A stretch of 63,993 nucleotides of DNA, filler included, from Fonticula-like sp. SCN 57-25 (taxonomy: Eukaryota): NCBI GenBank assembly GCA_001724245.1. It is 3 parts of 3 records of this genome, joined end to end, with 100 filler letters (N's around TTAATTAATTAA, not from the genome) between each part and the next. Parts side by side here need not be neighbours in the genome. Positions count along the whole stretch, not along the records: positions 23,605 to 53,921 come from MEDX01000069.1; 2 more parts are not named here. One strand, written 5' to 3'. Positions 35,474 to 46,621 of this stretch are shown here, one piece after another (the stretch's first letter is position 1; each line of letters starts with the position of its first letter). A program made the position numbers and the translations under genes. The notes beneath the pieces are model-generated. The model saw nothing but the letters and a program-made list of their open reading frames with translations, made no database searches and was not told the DNA's origin.

Positions 35474-36496
35474 CTAGCTAGGCGGCGCCTTTAACCGCAT
35501 AAACCCAGCAAACCGGATAATAGTAGCGACCAAGTGCGCCGTTACGCGGTGATCGCCGTGCGGAATTGCAATGCTCTTCTCGCCGCCAAACATGTCCTCG
35601 ATCATCTGCGCATCCCGCTCGCCGATCGCGTCCGCCATCTGCGCAGGAACCACAAGGAGCGGCACCACGGCAGCCCGCTCGCCCACCGTCACGGCACAGT
35701 TTCTCAAAAGCTGCTCGAGGTCGCTCTGCATCTGCGGCGCAGGGAGCATACGCTTGCCGATGCGCACCATCTGGGCCGGCGGTAGCGCGGTAGCCGCGTC
35801 GGCGGGGCTGCGCGCCAGGATCAGCGCGGGCTCCTCGTCAAGCGGCAACACAGCCCGCGGCGTCTCGCCCGACAGATCAACTGCGGGAATTGTTGAGAAA
35901 GTACTGCGGGAAGCGGCGAGCTGCTCCACCAGGTGCGCGAGGAGGCGCGTGCGGACGTGCCACGGAAGGTCCGGCCGCACAAACACCTTTTCACGAAAGA
36001 GCGTCGAGGGCATATCTAGATAAGCGTTAATGCAAGCCCACATATGGTTGAAAAGCAGCGTACTTGACCGAGCGCATTGCTGGATTACGTCAGAGTGGGC
36101 GGCGAGCCACACGGCGCGGCCGCGGCGCGTCTGCCACTCGTCCGGCACAAGCCACAGGCGCTTCTCCTCTGGATGATATACGCGAATGAAGCGCAAAAGA
36201 AAGGCTACGCGACAATGTAACATCAGCATAGGGAAACTAAGGAAAGAGAAGACATACCCGTTGGGAAGCTCGCGCGCAGGATGGCGCACAGCCGACGGGG
36301 GCTCCCAAGCGTCATGGCTGGAAAAGAGGTGATCAGTATGTGTCGCCGTTCGATCACACTTGCCGCAAAGACAAGATCGTATCGTACCGTGCATATTGTA
36401 CTGGGGCAGTGGCGGTGCGGCAGCGCGCGCAGCCGAGGCCAACTGAGGAGCCCCGCGCGGCAGGATCGCGCGCCCCGCCATGGTGCTGACGTTCAT
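35474..36496 (-). CDS. YlxR/DUF448-like, fungal Rrg8-like protein, probably mitochondrial (3 introns; start 36496 or 36481)
   Basis: Spliced: NMHAMTLGSPRRLCAILRASFPTAFLLRFIRVYHPEEKRLWLVPDEWQTRRGRAVWL...LFREKVFVRPDLPWHVRTRLL. Confidence 0.65.
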   Translation of the reverse strand: MNVSTMAGRAILPRGAPQLASAARAAAPPLPQYNMHGTIRSCLCGKCDRTATHTDHLFSSHDAWEPPSAVRHPARELPNGYVFSFLSFPMLMLHCRVAFLLRFIRVYHPEEKRLWLVPDEWQTRRGRAVWLAAHSDVIQQCARSSTLLFNHMWACINAYLDMPSTLFREKVFVRPDLPWHVRTRLLAHLVEQLAASRSTFSTIPAVDLSGETPRAVLPLDEEPALILARSPADAATALPPAQMVRIGKRMLPAPQMQSDLEQLLRNCAVTVGERAAVVPLLVVPAQMADAIGERDAQMIEDMFGGEKSIAIPHGDHRVTAHLVATIIRFAGFMRLKAPPS

Positions 36497-36562
36497 AGCA
36501 AACTCAGCTGCAATCTGACACGTGACAATCGAAAGCAGCTGCCGCAGCTCCTGCCCAGCATC

Positions 36563-39531
36563 ATGGAGGAAGCTGAGATGGCGAGCAGTCCCAACTCTGG
36601 GAGTGACTTTCTTGTAAGTTTCTTGTTCAACTTTGCTATTTGCATTCTTCTTATCATTGCGTTCTTGATCTTTCGCCGGCGCCTTTCGTTCTTTTTCTTT
36701 CCCAATGTCAAAGAGCAACCGGTTGAGAGCGAGCCGGACGGCGTCGACCCCCCTGGCCTCTTTGGCTGGGTCAAGCCGACGTGGAGCACCCCGCTCGTGT
36801 GGTTTCAGCGGAACCGCGGCCTGGACGCCCTGCTGTATCTGCGCTTCCTAAAGTCGTGCATCGCCCTCTTTGCAGTTAACAGCCTCATCGGCCTCGTCAT
36901 CCTCATACCGACCAACGCAGCGGGCGGCAACAACAAGCTCCCGCAAGACAACCCCCTCCACGTTTCCGGGCTAGACGTTATCAGCATGGCAAACATCTCT
37001 CCGGGCTCTGATCTCTATTGGGGTGCGCTATAATTTCATTTATTTGTGTTCGTTACGTGTAACTTTGCAGCTTGGCCGTTGGCCATCAGTTAGTGTTGCT
37101 ATATTCCCCTTACTTGTGTTTTATTTACATTATTGCGCTTCGTATTTTACTTTGTGGACCTTTATTTCCCATTTTCTGCCTCCTTCAAACACTAATGCCG
37201 CGCTTCAGTCCACGCCGTCTGCGTTGTTCTCATCACGACGCTCGCGATTGCCGGCACGTACCGCCAGTACCTTGGCTACGCTCGCCTGCGCTTCCAGTAC
37301 CGCCACGAGGACACGATCTACAACCGCTCTGTCCTTGCCACGAATGTGAACTTCCGCGAGCCCGAGTCGTCTTTCCCCACAAAAGACAAAGTGGCTCTCG
37401 TCCGCCGCCGCTTTGAGGAGGTCTTCCCTTCGCGCGTCACCGCCGTGTCGCTCCCCCGCCACGACGCCGACCTCATTAACCTTCGCAAGCGCGAGACGAG
37501 CCTGCGCATCAAGCTGACGCGCGCGTGCCTCAAGCAGCACAAGGCCAAGAAGCCGCTGACGCACCGCACCGGCACGCTCGGCTGCTCCGGCCCGACCGTC
37601 GAGACGATCCCGTACCTCCGCGAGCAGCTCGAGGACGTGCAGGAGCAGATCACGGCGATGCAGGCCAACGAGCACGCGCCGCTGGCCCGGGTCGCGCTCA
37701 TCACGTTCGCCGAGCAGCAGGACGCCCGCGACTGCGTCAAGCTCGGCAAGCTCGACGGACGCAGGAACTCGCCGCTGCGCACGCTCCAGCAGGCCGGCAG
37801 CGCCGCCGTCGCGGTCGGCCAGTCGGTTGGAAAGTCGGTCCTGCAGGCCGGCCAGACCGTCTCGCGCGTCTTTACAAAGAACGACAAGACGGCCGACAGC
37901 AGCGACGATGCCACCGACGAGGCCGGCGAGCATGACGAGCACGCGCATGAAAAGGACGAGCACTACACTGATGCCGGCGCCGCCGCCGAGGAGGATGACC
38001 GGACGCCGCTCATGTCGCCGGTCCAAATCGATCCTACTGGCTCTGTGGCGGAGCGTTTCAGCGGCGCAATGTCGCTCAAGCGCGGCCCCGAGTACAGCAA
38101 CGTCTTCTGGGAGTTTATCCACGTGCACAGCGCGCGCGCCGCTGCGAGCCAGGCGCTGTCGTGGATCCTGCTCATCTTCCTCTTCTTCTTCTGGGCGATC
38201 CCCGTGTCGGCCATCCAGGCGCTCGGCAACCTTCGCGAGCTGGCGGAGAACCCGGCCTTTTCATGGCTCATCCCGTTCCTCGACTTTGTCGGCCCGACCA
38301 TCGAGTCATGGATCAACGCGTACCTGCCGTCGCTCTTGCTCGTCCTGCTCATGTCGCTCGTCGTGCCCATCATCAAGTTCATTACGTTCAGGGAGGGGCA
38401 CCCGACGTACGCGAGGGCAAACAAGCTTGTGCTCGACCGCTTCTTTACATTCCTCGTCCTTAACGTCTTCCTCGTCACGACGATTGCTGGCTCGCTGCTA
38501 TCGCAGATTTCCGACATTCTGAACGGCGAGACGACCGTCGCGCTCATTCTCGCGCAGACGCTGCCGTCGCAGGGAGCGTTCTTTGTCGAGTACATCATGG
38601 TCAAGTTTACATTCGTCGCCATGGAGCTGCTGCGCGCCGACATCTTTTTCCTGCAGTGCGCAATACCCATACGTTGGTTGCACGGCCGCTTACACATCTT
38701 TTGGTCTATCGTTTCTCTAATTTAGGCGCTTCCGTCGACTGATTCTGAGTTCGTCGCCGAACCCGCCGCGCGACCTCAACTACGCGTCGCGCTACGGCTG
38801 GGACCTTCTCGTCGTCGTCATCTCGCTCACCTACTCGGTCATGGTACGCCGCCCACATGGTTCATTCCTTGCTGACACACTCTTTTCCAGTTCCCGCTCA
38901 TTTCCATCTTTGCCACGGCGTACTTTATCTTTGCCTACTTTGTGCACCGCCACAACTTTTTGTTCATCCACAAGCCGCGCGTCCACTCTGGCGGCGCGCT
39001 CTGGAGCCGCACATACCGCAACATTATCTTTGGCCTGTGCATCTTCCAGGTACGCCCCACGTGGCCTGTTAGGCTTGTCTGACATGTTTATGATAGTTTA
39101 CGATGATTGGCGCGCTGTCGCTCGCGAGCTCGACGGCGACGATCCTTGTCGCGCTCAACTTGCTTGTGTCGCTCTATCTGGCGTACAAGGCGCACAATCT
39201 GTCGCTCAAGGTGCGCAAGGACGGCGCGCTGGCGCCCGGCGAGCGCCTGCTGCCGTTCAAGTTTTCCGAGCGTCTCAACGACCTCATCAGCGACGAGTCG
39301 ACGCAGCTCGTCGAGCGCCACTTGCCGCGCTCTTATGGTCGCCTGCTCACGCCCGAGGCGGCTGCCATCGCGGCGGCCGCGCAGGCAGCGAACGACGCAG
39401 AGTACTACGCTGAGCCGGCGCTCATCCCAATCATCCACTTCGTCGAGCCGGTCGTCGGCAGCCACGACGCCGATGCCGAGCAGCTGGAGCCGTCCAGGGA
39501 GAGCCTCGCGAGGGTCTCCATGACCGTCTAA
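36563..39531 (+). CDS. OSCA/TMEM63 (CSC1/RSN1) calcium-permeable mechanosensitive channel
   Basis: GLFGWVKP, GLDALLYLRFLK, LILIPTN, LDVISMANI, FFWAIPVSAI, FLVLNVFLV, LAQTLPSQGAFFVEYI, LTYSVM.PLI. Confidence 0.92.
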
Positions 39532-39855
39532 GCGGCTTTTCTATCATCTTCAGGTAGCTTTTAGAATACGCCATGCTGGCTGTGCTAGCATTCATATGCC
39601 TTCTCATTCGACCGCCACTTGGCCTCACCATCCAGTCTATCTGTTCATGCATGTTTATTGCTCACCAATACAATACTGTACATTTCGCGAGTGACTCCAA
39701 TGTGTCCACATCGAGTGCCGCATGGCGGCAGAGGCGCCCAGAGAGTCAGTCTACAAAAGCCAAAAAATAATCATCATAGTAATACGTGACAAAAAAACAC
39801 CATCAGCTGCTCTACCATACACGTGTCCTGCGGTTATGCGCGCCCGCTAGGAATA

Positions 39856-42247
39856 CTACTGGTGGTGCATGGCCCCGCCTGGTGGAGGCCGCTGAGTCTG
39901 GCCGTTCATACCTGGCTGCGCGCCAGGCTGTCCCGCAATCCCCGGTGGTACCATCCTGCGAGCTGCTGCGGACGCGTTCGTGGCCATGGGCGACACGCCG
40001 CCCGCGACACCGCCCGGCGGCCGCATGCGGTTCATGCCCATCACGGCGGCAGGGCTAACGCCCCCCATACCCGGTGGCATAGCGGGGCGCGCCTGTGGCC
40101 GGACGCCCATCGGGAGCGCCGCTCCATCGGGGACGCGCCGCTGCATGCCGGCGCCGGGCATCACTCCGGCCGGACCAACACCGCCTTGCATCTGCGGACG
40201 CATGCCGGGAGGAACGCCGGGGCCGACGCCATTCGGCTGCTGGAGGGCCTTCCGAGCGGCAGCTGCGGCGGCCACTGCGGCGGGCGACTGGGCCTGCGCG
40301 CCACCGACGGGATTGACAAGTGCGCCGGGCGTCGACGCGACGGCGCCAGCGAGCCGCGCCGCGTTGGCATTCGGGAGAGCACCGGGCGTGCCGACGGCAG
40401 ACGGCGTCCCGGGCGTGCCCTGCTTCATCTTCTTCTTGGTCTTGCCGACGCCGGCGCCAGGAACTGGAGGAACGCCAGTGCCCGCGCCCTTTTGCGCAGC
40501 GCCGACACCGCCGGCAGCCGCCGCCGCGCCCTTGAGCCCCGCGCCAGGTCCAAGCCCGGCCCCAGGCCCCGCCGCTGCCCCTCCTTGTCCTGCGACGCCC
40601 TCGCCCGCACCTGCGCCAGCCGCCCCCGGCCCCGCGCTCGAGGCAAGGATGCCCGGCGGCACCTGGTGCTGGTAGCTGCGCCGATGCGTCGGCGGCATCG
40701 GGCGGCCGCTCGAGTGGCGGCTAAACACGTCCACAAACATTGTGCGCCACTGTTTAAAAAGTCGGGGAAAGGGCGCTGTGTCAGCAAGATAACATCAAAT
40801 AAGCACTGTGCGTACGCGGTCGTAGTTGCTCTGCCGCCATGCGTTCGAGTACGTCTTTGTCGCAAGTGGGACGGGCCGGTGCAGCATGATCGACTCTGCG
40901 ATGGCGTTCATGTCGTCATCCGTCTCGACGCCGTCATCGACGCTGGACCGACGGTCGCCGGTGCCGCCACTAAGCCCGCGCATTAGCCACACGGAAGCAA
41001 AAAGGCACGAAACGTACGATGTAGGCTTGACGGTCACGGTGCTCGTGCCGTCGCCTTTGCCGTCCTTGGCCGCGCGAAGCTCGTCGAACGCGCGGCTGCG
41101 GCCCACGACGGCGCGCTTCATCGTCACCGTATGTGTCTATTGAAGCGTCAACAACACGTCAAAACAAGCAAGATAGGCGCGCACCTTGCATGTCGTGAGC
41201 GAGCGCGTGCACGGCTGGTTGTTGGGCGGCTGCAGAACGCCGCAGTGGCGGTCGAGGTCGAGCGGCACTGCACAAAACGTTTAGCGTGGATTAACATGAC
41301 GAAAAAAGGCGCACCCTTGCCGCGCGTCCCCTTGCCCTCCTTCTTCTTGGCCGACCCGTCGCTCTCGACGACGACCGCAGTGGGCGTCGAAGGCGTGGGA
41401 GTCGGCGTGGTGGGGACAGCCACAGCGTCGCGCGCCTTGCCCTTGGCGTCGGGGTCCTTGGCCACTGCGGCAGCAGCGTTAGTCACGCAGCAGCAAAAAT
41501 AAACGGCGGCGTACTCTTGCGCTTCTTGCCAGAGGGCGCGCTCTGGCCAGCCGACGGCGCCTTGGGGCATTGGGCTAAAAGAAAGAGTCAACAAGAAATT
41601 TCACTACCAATAATGTAACGTACCGAAATGCTGGGTGAAATTCGACTGCTTGATGGGCTTTTCGCACGCCTTGCAGACGATGACCACGAGGTCATCCGTC
41701 AACGGCGTCCAGCCAAAGACGCTCATCTCGGACTTTTTGAAGCGAACAGACGTGTCGGCCGGTAGCGGCGTCGCCTGAAGAGGTGCGAGGCTGTTGGCCA
41801 CCTGCTGCTCAAGCATGTCGCCGTAAGCGGACCAGGTCGTGTTGTCCTTGGTCGGAAAGATGTTGCGCGACACGTCGGGGCGCGGCGAGAGCGGCAGCCA
41901 GTCCGACTCGTCAAACACGCGAAGCGCTGTCGCAATGTCGCTCGCGTTATTCGCTTGTAGAATTGTTGGCATCTGCGGCATCATTGTACCAAGCTCTGAA
42001 AAAGGGCGCAGATCAGTCTCCGCGGCCGCGTATTGAGAGACGATCGTACCGCTTTGCAGCGCCCGCAATGTTTCGTTCCGCGTGCGGATCTCGTACTTTT
42101 GGTTCCCCGCCAGCAACTCAAAATTGGCTGCACGCAGTGTCAGCGCACACCGAGTAAAAATAAAGGAATGGCGGGCGTACCGTGTTGATCGTCGACGATC
42201 TCCGCATCGGGGTTGTCAACAACTGGCAGCTTCACGCTAGACGACAT
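39856..42247 (-). CDS. SAGA deubiquitinase-module subunit Sgf73/ataxin-7-like (zinc finger, SCA7 domain, G/P/M-rich tail)
   Basis: VCKACEKPIKQSNFTQHF; CGVLQPPNNQPCTRSLTCK..H..TMKRAVVGRSRAFDEL; HRPVPLAT. Confidence 0.85.
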
Positions 42248-42738
42248 TAGCGGGCGGACGGTACCGTCGATGCTCGATGGATTGATCCCGCCCTATGGAT
42301 AATTACAGCACATGAGTGTACAAAGCACAAGAGACCGCTCGGCGGGAAATCTGGTCCGCACCTGGCCACCGCTCCATGTCTGCGAGTAGCCGCCACCGCC
42401 GGCGAAGTTTGAATTAAAGGACTGCAGGTTGGCGACGCGTTCAAAGACAACAACAGCAACTGGCGGTAGAAATCAAATATAAAAATAGGTAAATCAACTA
42501 GACCAGGTTACGCTGGTGACCCTGTCCTACCGCGTCTTCTCCTCTGCACACCACGCCGAGCCGTCGCCGATGTCGCTGCCTACCTCACCGGTGCGATGAT
42601 CTGGCGATGACTTGGCCACGTGTAATCGCACCCAAAACGCATGCGACTTTATATAGTCGAACGCTGACAGCGCATCGCTTTGCGGCCAAGCAGAGGCCAA
42701 GTCGGTGGGCCAGGGCGGCGTTGACATTCGCCGCGGAC

Positions 42739-44312
42739 ATGTCCACGGATACGAGCCCGCTGCTTGCGGCGAGCTTGGTTCAACCGTCAGGACCTCAGCC
42801 GTCATCCAGCCCTCTCAAGACTGGCGTGCTAAAGTGGTGGCAGCTTTTGTTTATTGGTGTCGGATATGTAATATCGGGTGACTATGCGGGGTGGCAGTTT
42901 GGCCTTCTCCAGGGCGGGTGGGGCGGCGCGGTAATCGCCGTCGCCTTCTGCGCTGTAATGTACATATGCCTTGTTTTGTGTCTTGCTGAGCTGTCGACGT
43001 CATTGCGCGCGTCCGCCTTTGGCATTGTGAAGCACTCGCTGGGCGAGCTTCCCGCCATCGCCGCTTCCTTCTGCGTCGCGCTCGAATACCTCAGCATCAC
43101 GGCGACGATCGCCATCTTCATCGGTTACTACGTTGCCCAGCTGACAGATCCCGCTCTCAACTCGTTCGTGCCGCTGATGCCTTTTTGTATGTGCTCTAAC
43201 GGTGCGTCCTGTAGCCTGCTGCTGTGGGTCGTACCCCCCGCGCTGTACGTTGTCTTTGGCGCCGTCCACATGTACGGCGTGGGCGAAGCGACGACGCTCA
43301 CCGCCGTCCTCACCGCCATCGCCCTTTGCGGTGTCGTTGTCTTTGTTGGCGGCGCAGCACCGTTCTTTGACGTCGCAAACCTGTCGGTGGCGGCGTGCGA
43401 CCCAGAGTCGACCGACGTGTGCGACAGTTACTTTCCGTCAGGGTGGCGCGGCGTCTGGAACGCGATCCCGTACGGCACGTGGTTCTTCCTCGCCATCGAG
43501 GGGCTCCCGTTCGCCGTCGACGAGGCGGTTGAGCCGCAAAAGAGCATTCCGCGCGCGCTCTTTGGCTCGCTCGCCATCCTCATCACGACCGCCACGTGCA
43601 TGGTCGTCATCGCGCCGGCCAGCTCGAGCGCCTTTTTCGTCGCACACACGCAGGCGCCGCTCTCAGAAATCATGACACTGCTCTATGGGCCCAAGCATGC
43701 GCTGACCATCGTCATTGCCACGACGGGGCTCATCGGGCTCGTCGCCTCGTTCTCGGGCGCATTCTATGCGTACTCGCGCGCGGTGCGCATTAAAGAAGAC
43801 ATTTATATACGTACTGATCGTGGTATGGTAGTTTTTCACGCTCGCGCAAGCCGGGTGGATGCCTTCTTTCATGGCGGCTACGAACGCGCGAAACACGCCG
43901 CACTGGGCCATCATTGCGCCTGGCATCGTCGCCCTCAGCATATCCTTCACCGGCATGGTCCGTTGCATTACGTATTTCTTTTAGTTACTGATGCGTGGGT
44001 TTGCTCTTCTGCCAGGGTGACTTGCTGGTGCTGGTCGTGGCATTTAGCGCGTCCGTCTCGTACGTCTTGCAGTTCCTCGCTTTCATTGTAATGCGCGTTC
44101 GCGAGCCGCACTTTGGGCGTCCGGTCCGCGTCCCTGCCGGCCTTGTCGTCGCGTCCATCGGTATGCTCTTTGCTGCCGTCATCCTCATTACCGGCTTCTT
44201 CATCGACTATAGAATCGTGCTGGCCACGGCTGCTGTGTTGACCGTCGCCGTCGCAGTGGCCGCCTTCCGACTTCGCCGTCTGAGGAAAATTCCGCCGACG
44301 ACGATCAATTGA
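42739..44312 (+). CDS. APC-superfamily permease of the bacterial ethanolamine permease (Eat) type, 3 introns
   Basis: GVGYVISGDYAGWQFGLLQGGWGG, MY.CLVLCLAELS, IPYGTWFFLAIEGLP, GLIGLVASF...YAYSR, LAQAGWMP. Confidence 0.88.
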
Positions 44313-44586
44313 GGCGCTGTTGCATTTCAATGATGAAATTGTGTACACTATACTTGTAGCAATACTTCGGGATTAATTTGTAAATGAAGCAAGCAAATTT
44401 CCGTAGTCTATTTCTGACCGAATACATTGCGTCGAGCCGGTCAAAGCGGACGAATGACATCGGCAAGATGGGGGGATACACTTGAAAAATTGGAGAATAA
44501 AAATGAGCGTATGTGTAGAAAAGCATGTAGCAGTATGCTTGCTACTTTATATGGGAAGAACGAGAAACGCTGCAGGTGCAAAGAGT

Positions 44587-46343
44587 CTAGTGGCCGCCTC
44601 CGTAGTCGTTGTTCAGGCTCTTGCTGCCGACGGGCGACTGCAAGTGCTTGTCAATGATCTGCTTGTCGGCATCGGGGCCTTCGCCCCACGGCACGAAGCG
44701 CTTCCAGAAGATGAGCACAATGATGGCAGAAATGAGCGTGCAGCCGGCAGTCACACCAAAGACCGAGCGACCAGTGTCATCCATCTAGAGGAAACGCGTT
44801 AGTCAAGCGGTCCCAGAGCAGCGAGCGGTAGCGTACGCTAAAGAGCGTCGACGCCCAAATGGGGCCAATCATACGCGCAACGCTGCCGACAAACATCTGC
44901 CAGCCAGTCATCGTGCCCTGAGCGGCGGGGCCCATAATCTTGGCAAAGATACCAAAGCAGACGGCGTTGGAGATGGGGTAGCCGATCGTGTAGAGGGTCA
45001 GCGTGGTGGCCCAGTACTGCGCCTCCGAGATGTGGCAGACGCCGTTCTCGTCCATGGAGCACATGCGGCCGCACAGACCAGCAGTCATGAGCTACATCGT
45101 GTGTGAGAAGGCGCAAAACAAAAATTAAAATGCGCGTACAATGAGGCCGACGACGAGGGACGCGCGGTCACCAATCTTGGCGGCGAGCGGCTTGACGGCG
45201 ATGAAGGAAAAGATGGACGCGCAGCCAGCGACCGTGAAGAAGATCGAGTTCTGGTGGGCGGACCAGCCGAGGTTGACGGCGGTGAAGGGCGTGCCGATGG
45301 CCTCGAACACGGAGAAGCCGGTCGTGACAAAGAAGAAGATGACCATGTTGAGCATGATGGCGAACACGTCGTACGGGACGTCGTTCATCATGAGGAGCGG
45401 CTGGTCGTCGTCCGCCGAGTCGTTGATGGTGCCCTCGACCTGAGGTCCGTCATCGACAACGATACCCTTGGCGCGGAGCTCCTCAGCGCTCTCCTTGAAG
45501 AAGATGAGGACGAGGAGCAGGTTGAGCACGCCAAAGGCGGCCGACGAAAGGCCGGGCGCGGTGTACTGGTCAAAGTAGATGTAGCCCTCCTTGAGCTCAA
45601 TGTTCACAGTGGTGAAAATGAGCGCGAAAGCCGGGCCAATAATGAAGCCGACGGCCTGGGCGGCAGCGACGAGCGCCATGGCGCCAGTGCGCTTGGCGAT
45701 CGGGACAGCGTTCGCGACGTGCGAGCGGCACACGGTGGCCGTGCCGGATCCAACACCGACCAAAAGACGGGCAATAAGCATCATTTGCTGCGCGCGGCCA
45801 ACAAGGTGAGTCGCGCAAAAGAGGACGCTAGATGACACGTACCCATGTGTAGGAGAAGAAGTAGAGCATCGAGCCGCCAATGAGGAAAATCAGACCAACA
45901 ATGTACGACCACTTGGCCGAGGCAACGTTGTACCACTTGCCAAAGAGAGGGCTGCTGATGGCCTAAAAGCGCAGCAGGGTCAACCACAACGCCGATCGTT
46001 AAAACGTCCAACGCACCTGACCGAGCGAAAACGAGGCAACAATGAAACCATAGATGCCGAGCTCCTCAAACTTGTAGGTAGAGGCCTCGCACCTGAGCTC
46101 CACCGTAGCAGCGTTCTCAACAATCTCATAGAAGAAAGCCATGGTCGGCAGGGTGATGGAAAACATCACCGAGCCAAGGAACATGGTGATGACCGACACA
46201 AGGACGGCGCGCCTTTTTTAAGTGTAAGCAAAAAATGAAAATTATAAAATGCCAATGTGCACGCACTTGCGCTCCTTCGAAAGCGGCGGATCCGCGATCG
46301 TGTCATCGTCCAAGAGCGGCTTTTGGTTGTCGTCGTCGTTCAT
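44587..46343 (-). CDS. MFS transporter, MFSD8/CLN7-like, multi-exon
   Basis: MFLGSVMFSITLPTM, YGFIVASFSLGQ, ARLLVGVGSG, AQAVGFIIGP, FDQYTAPG, QGTMTGW..VGSVARMIGP. Confidence 0.85.
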
Positions 46344-46621
46344 CTTGGCACGACGTCCCAACAAAAACAATCTGCGAGCACGTGGAAAGACAGCTGACGC
46401 TATGTCGATCGGATCGACCAATCAGGAGGCCGCAAGCGATGCACATTGCAGGATTAGCGGCACGGCCGGTGTAAATCGACGGGGACGCGAGCCGTAATAC
46501 GGCCATAGCGGCGTGAAAAGGGCTACATGCCGAATATATGGTCATTGGATGGACAGGAACATGGTTTAAAAGGGCAAATGTAACACGGGCATATATTATT
46601 GAATACTACCAATTCCACTCT

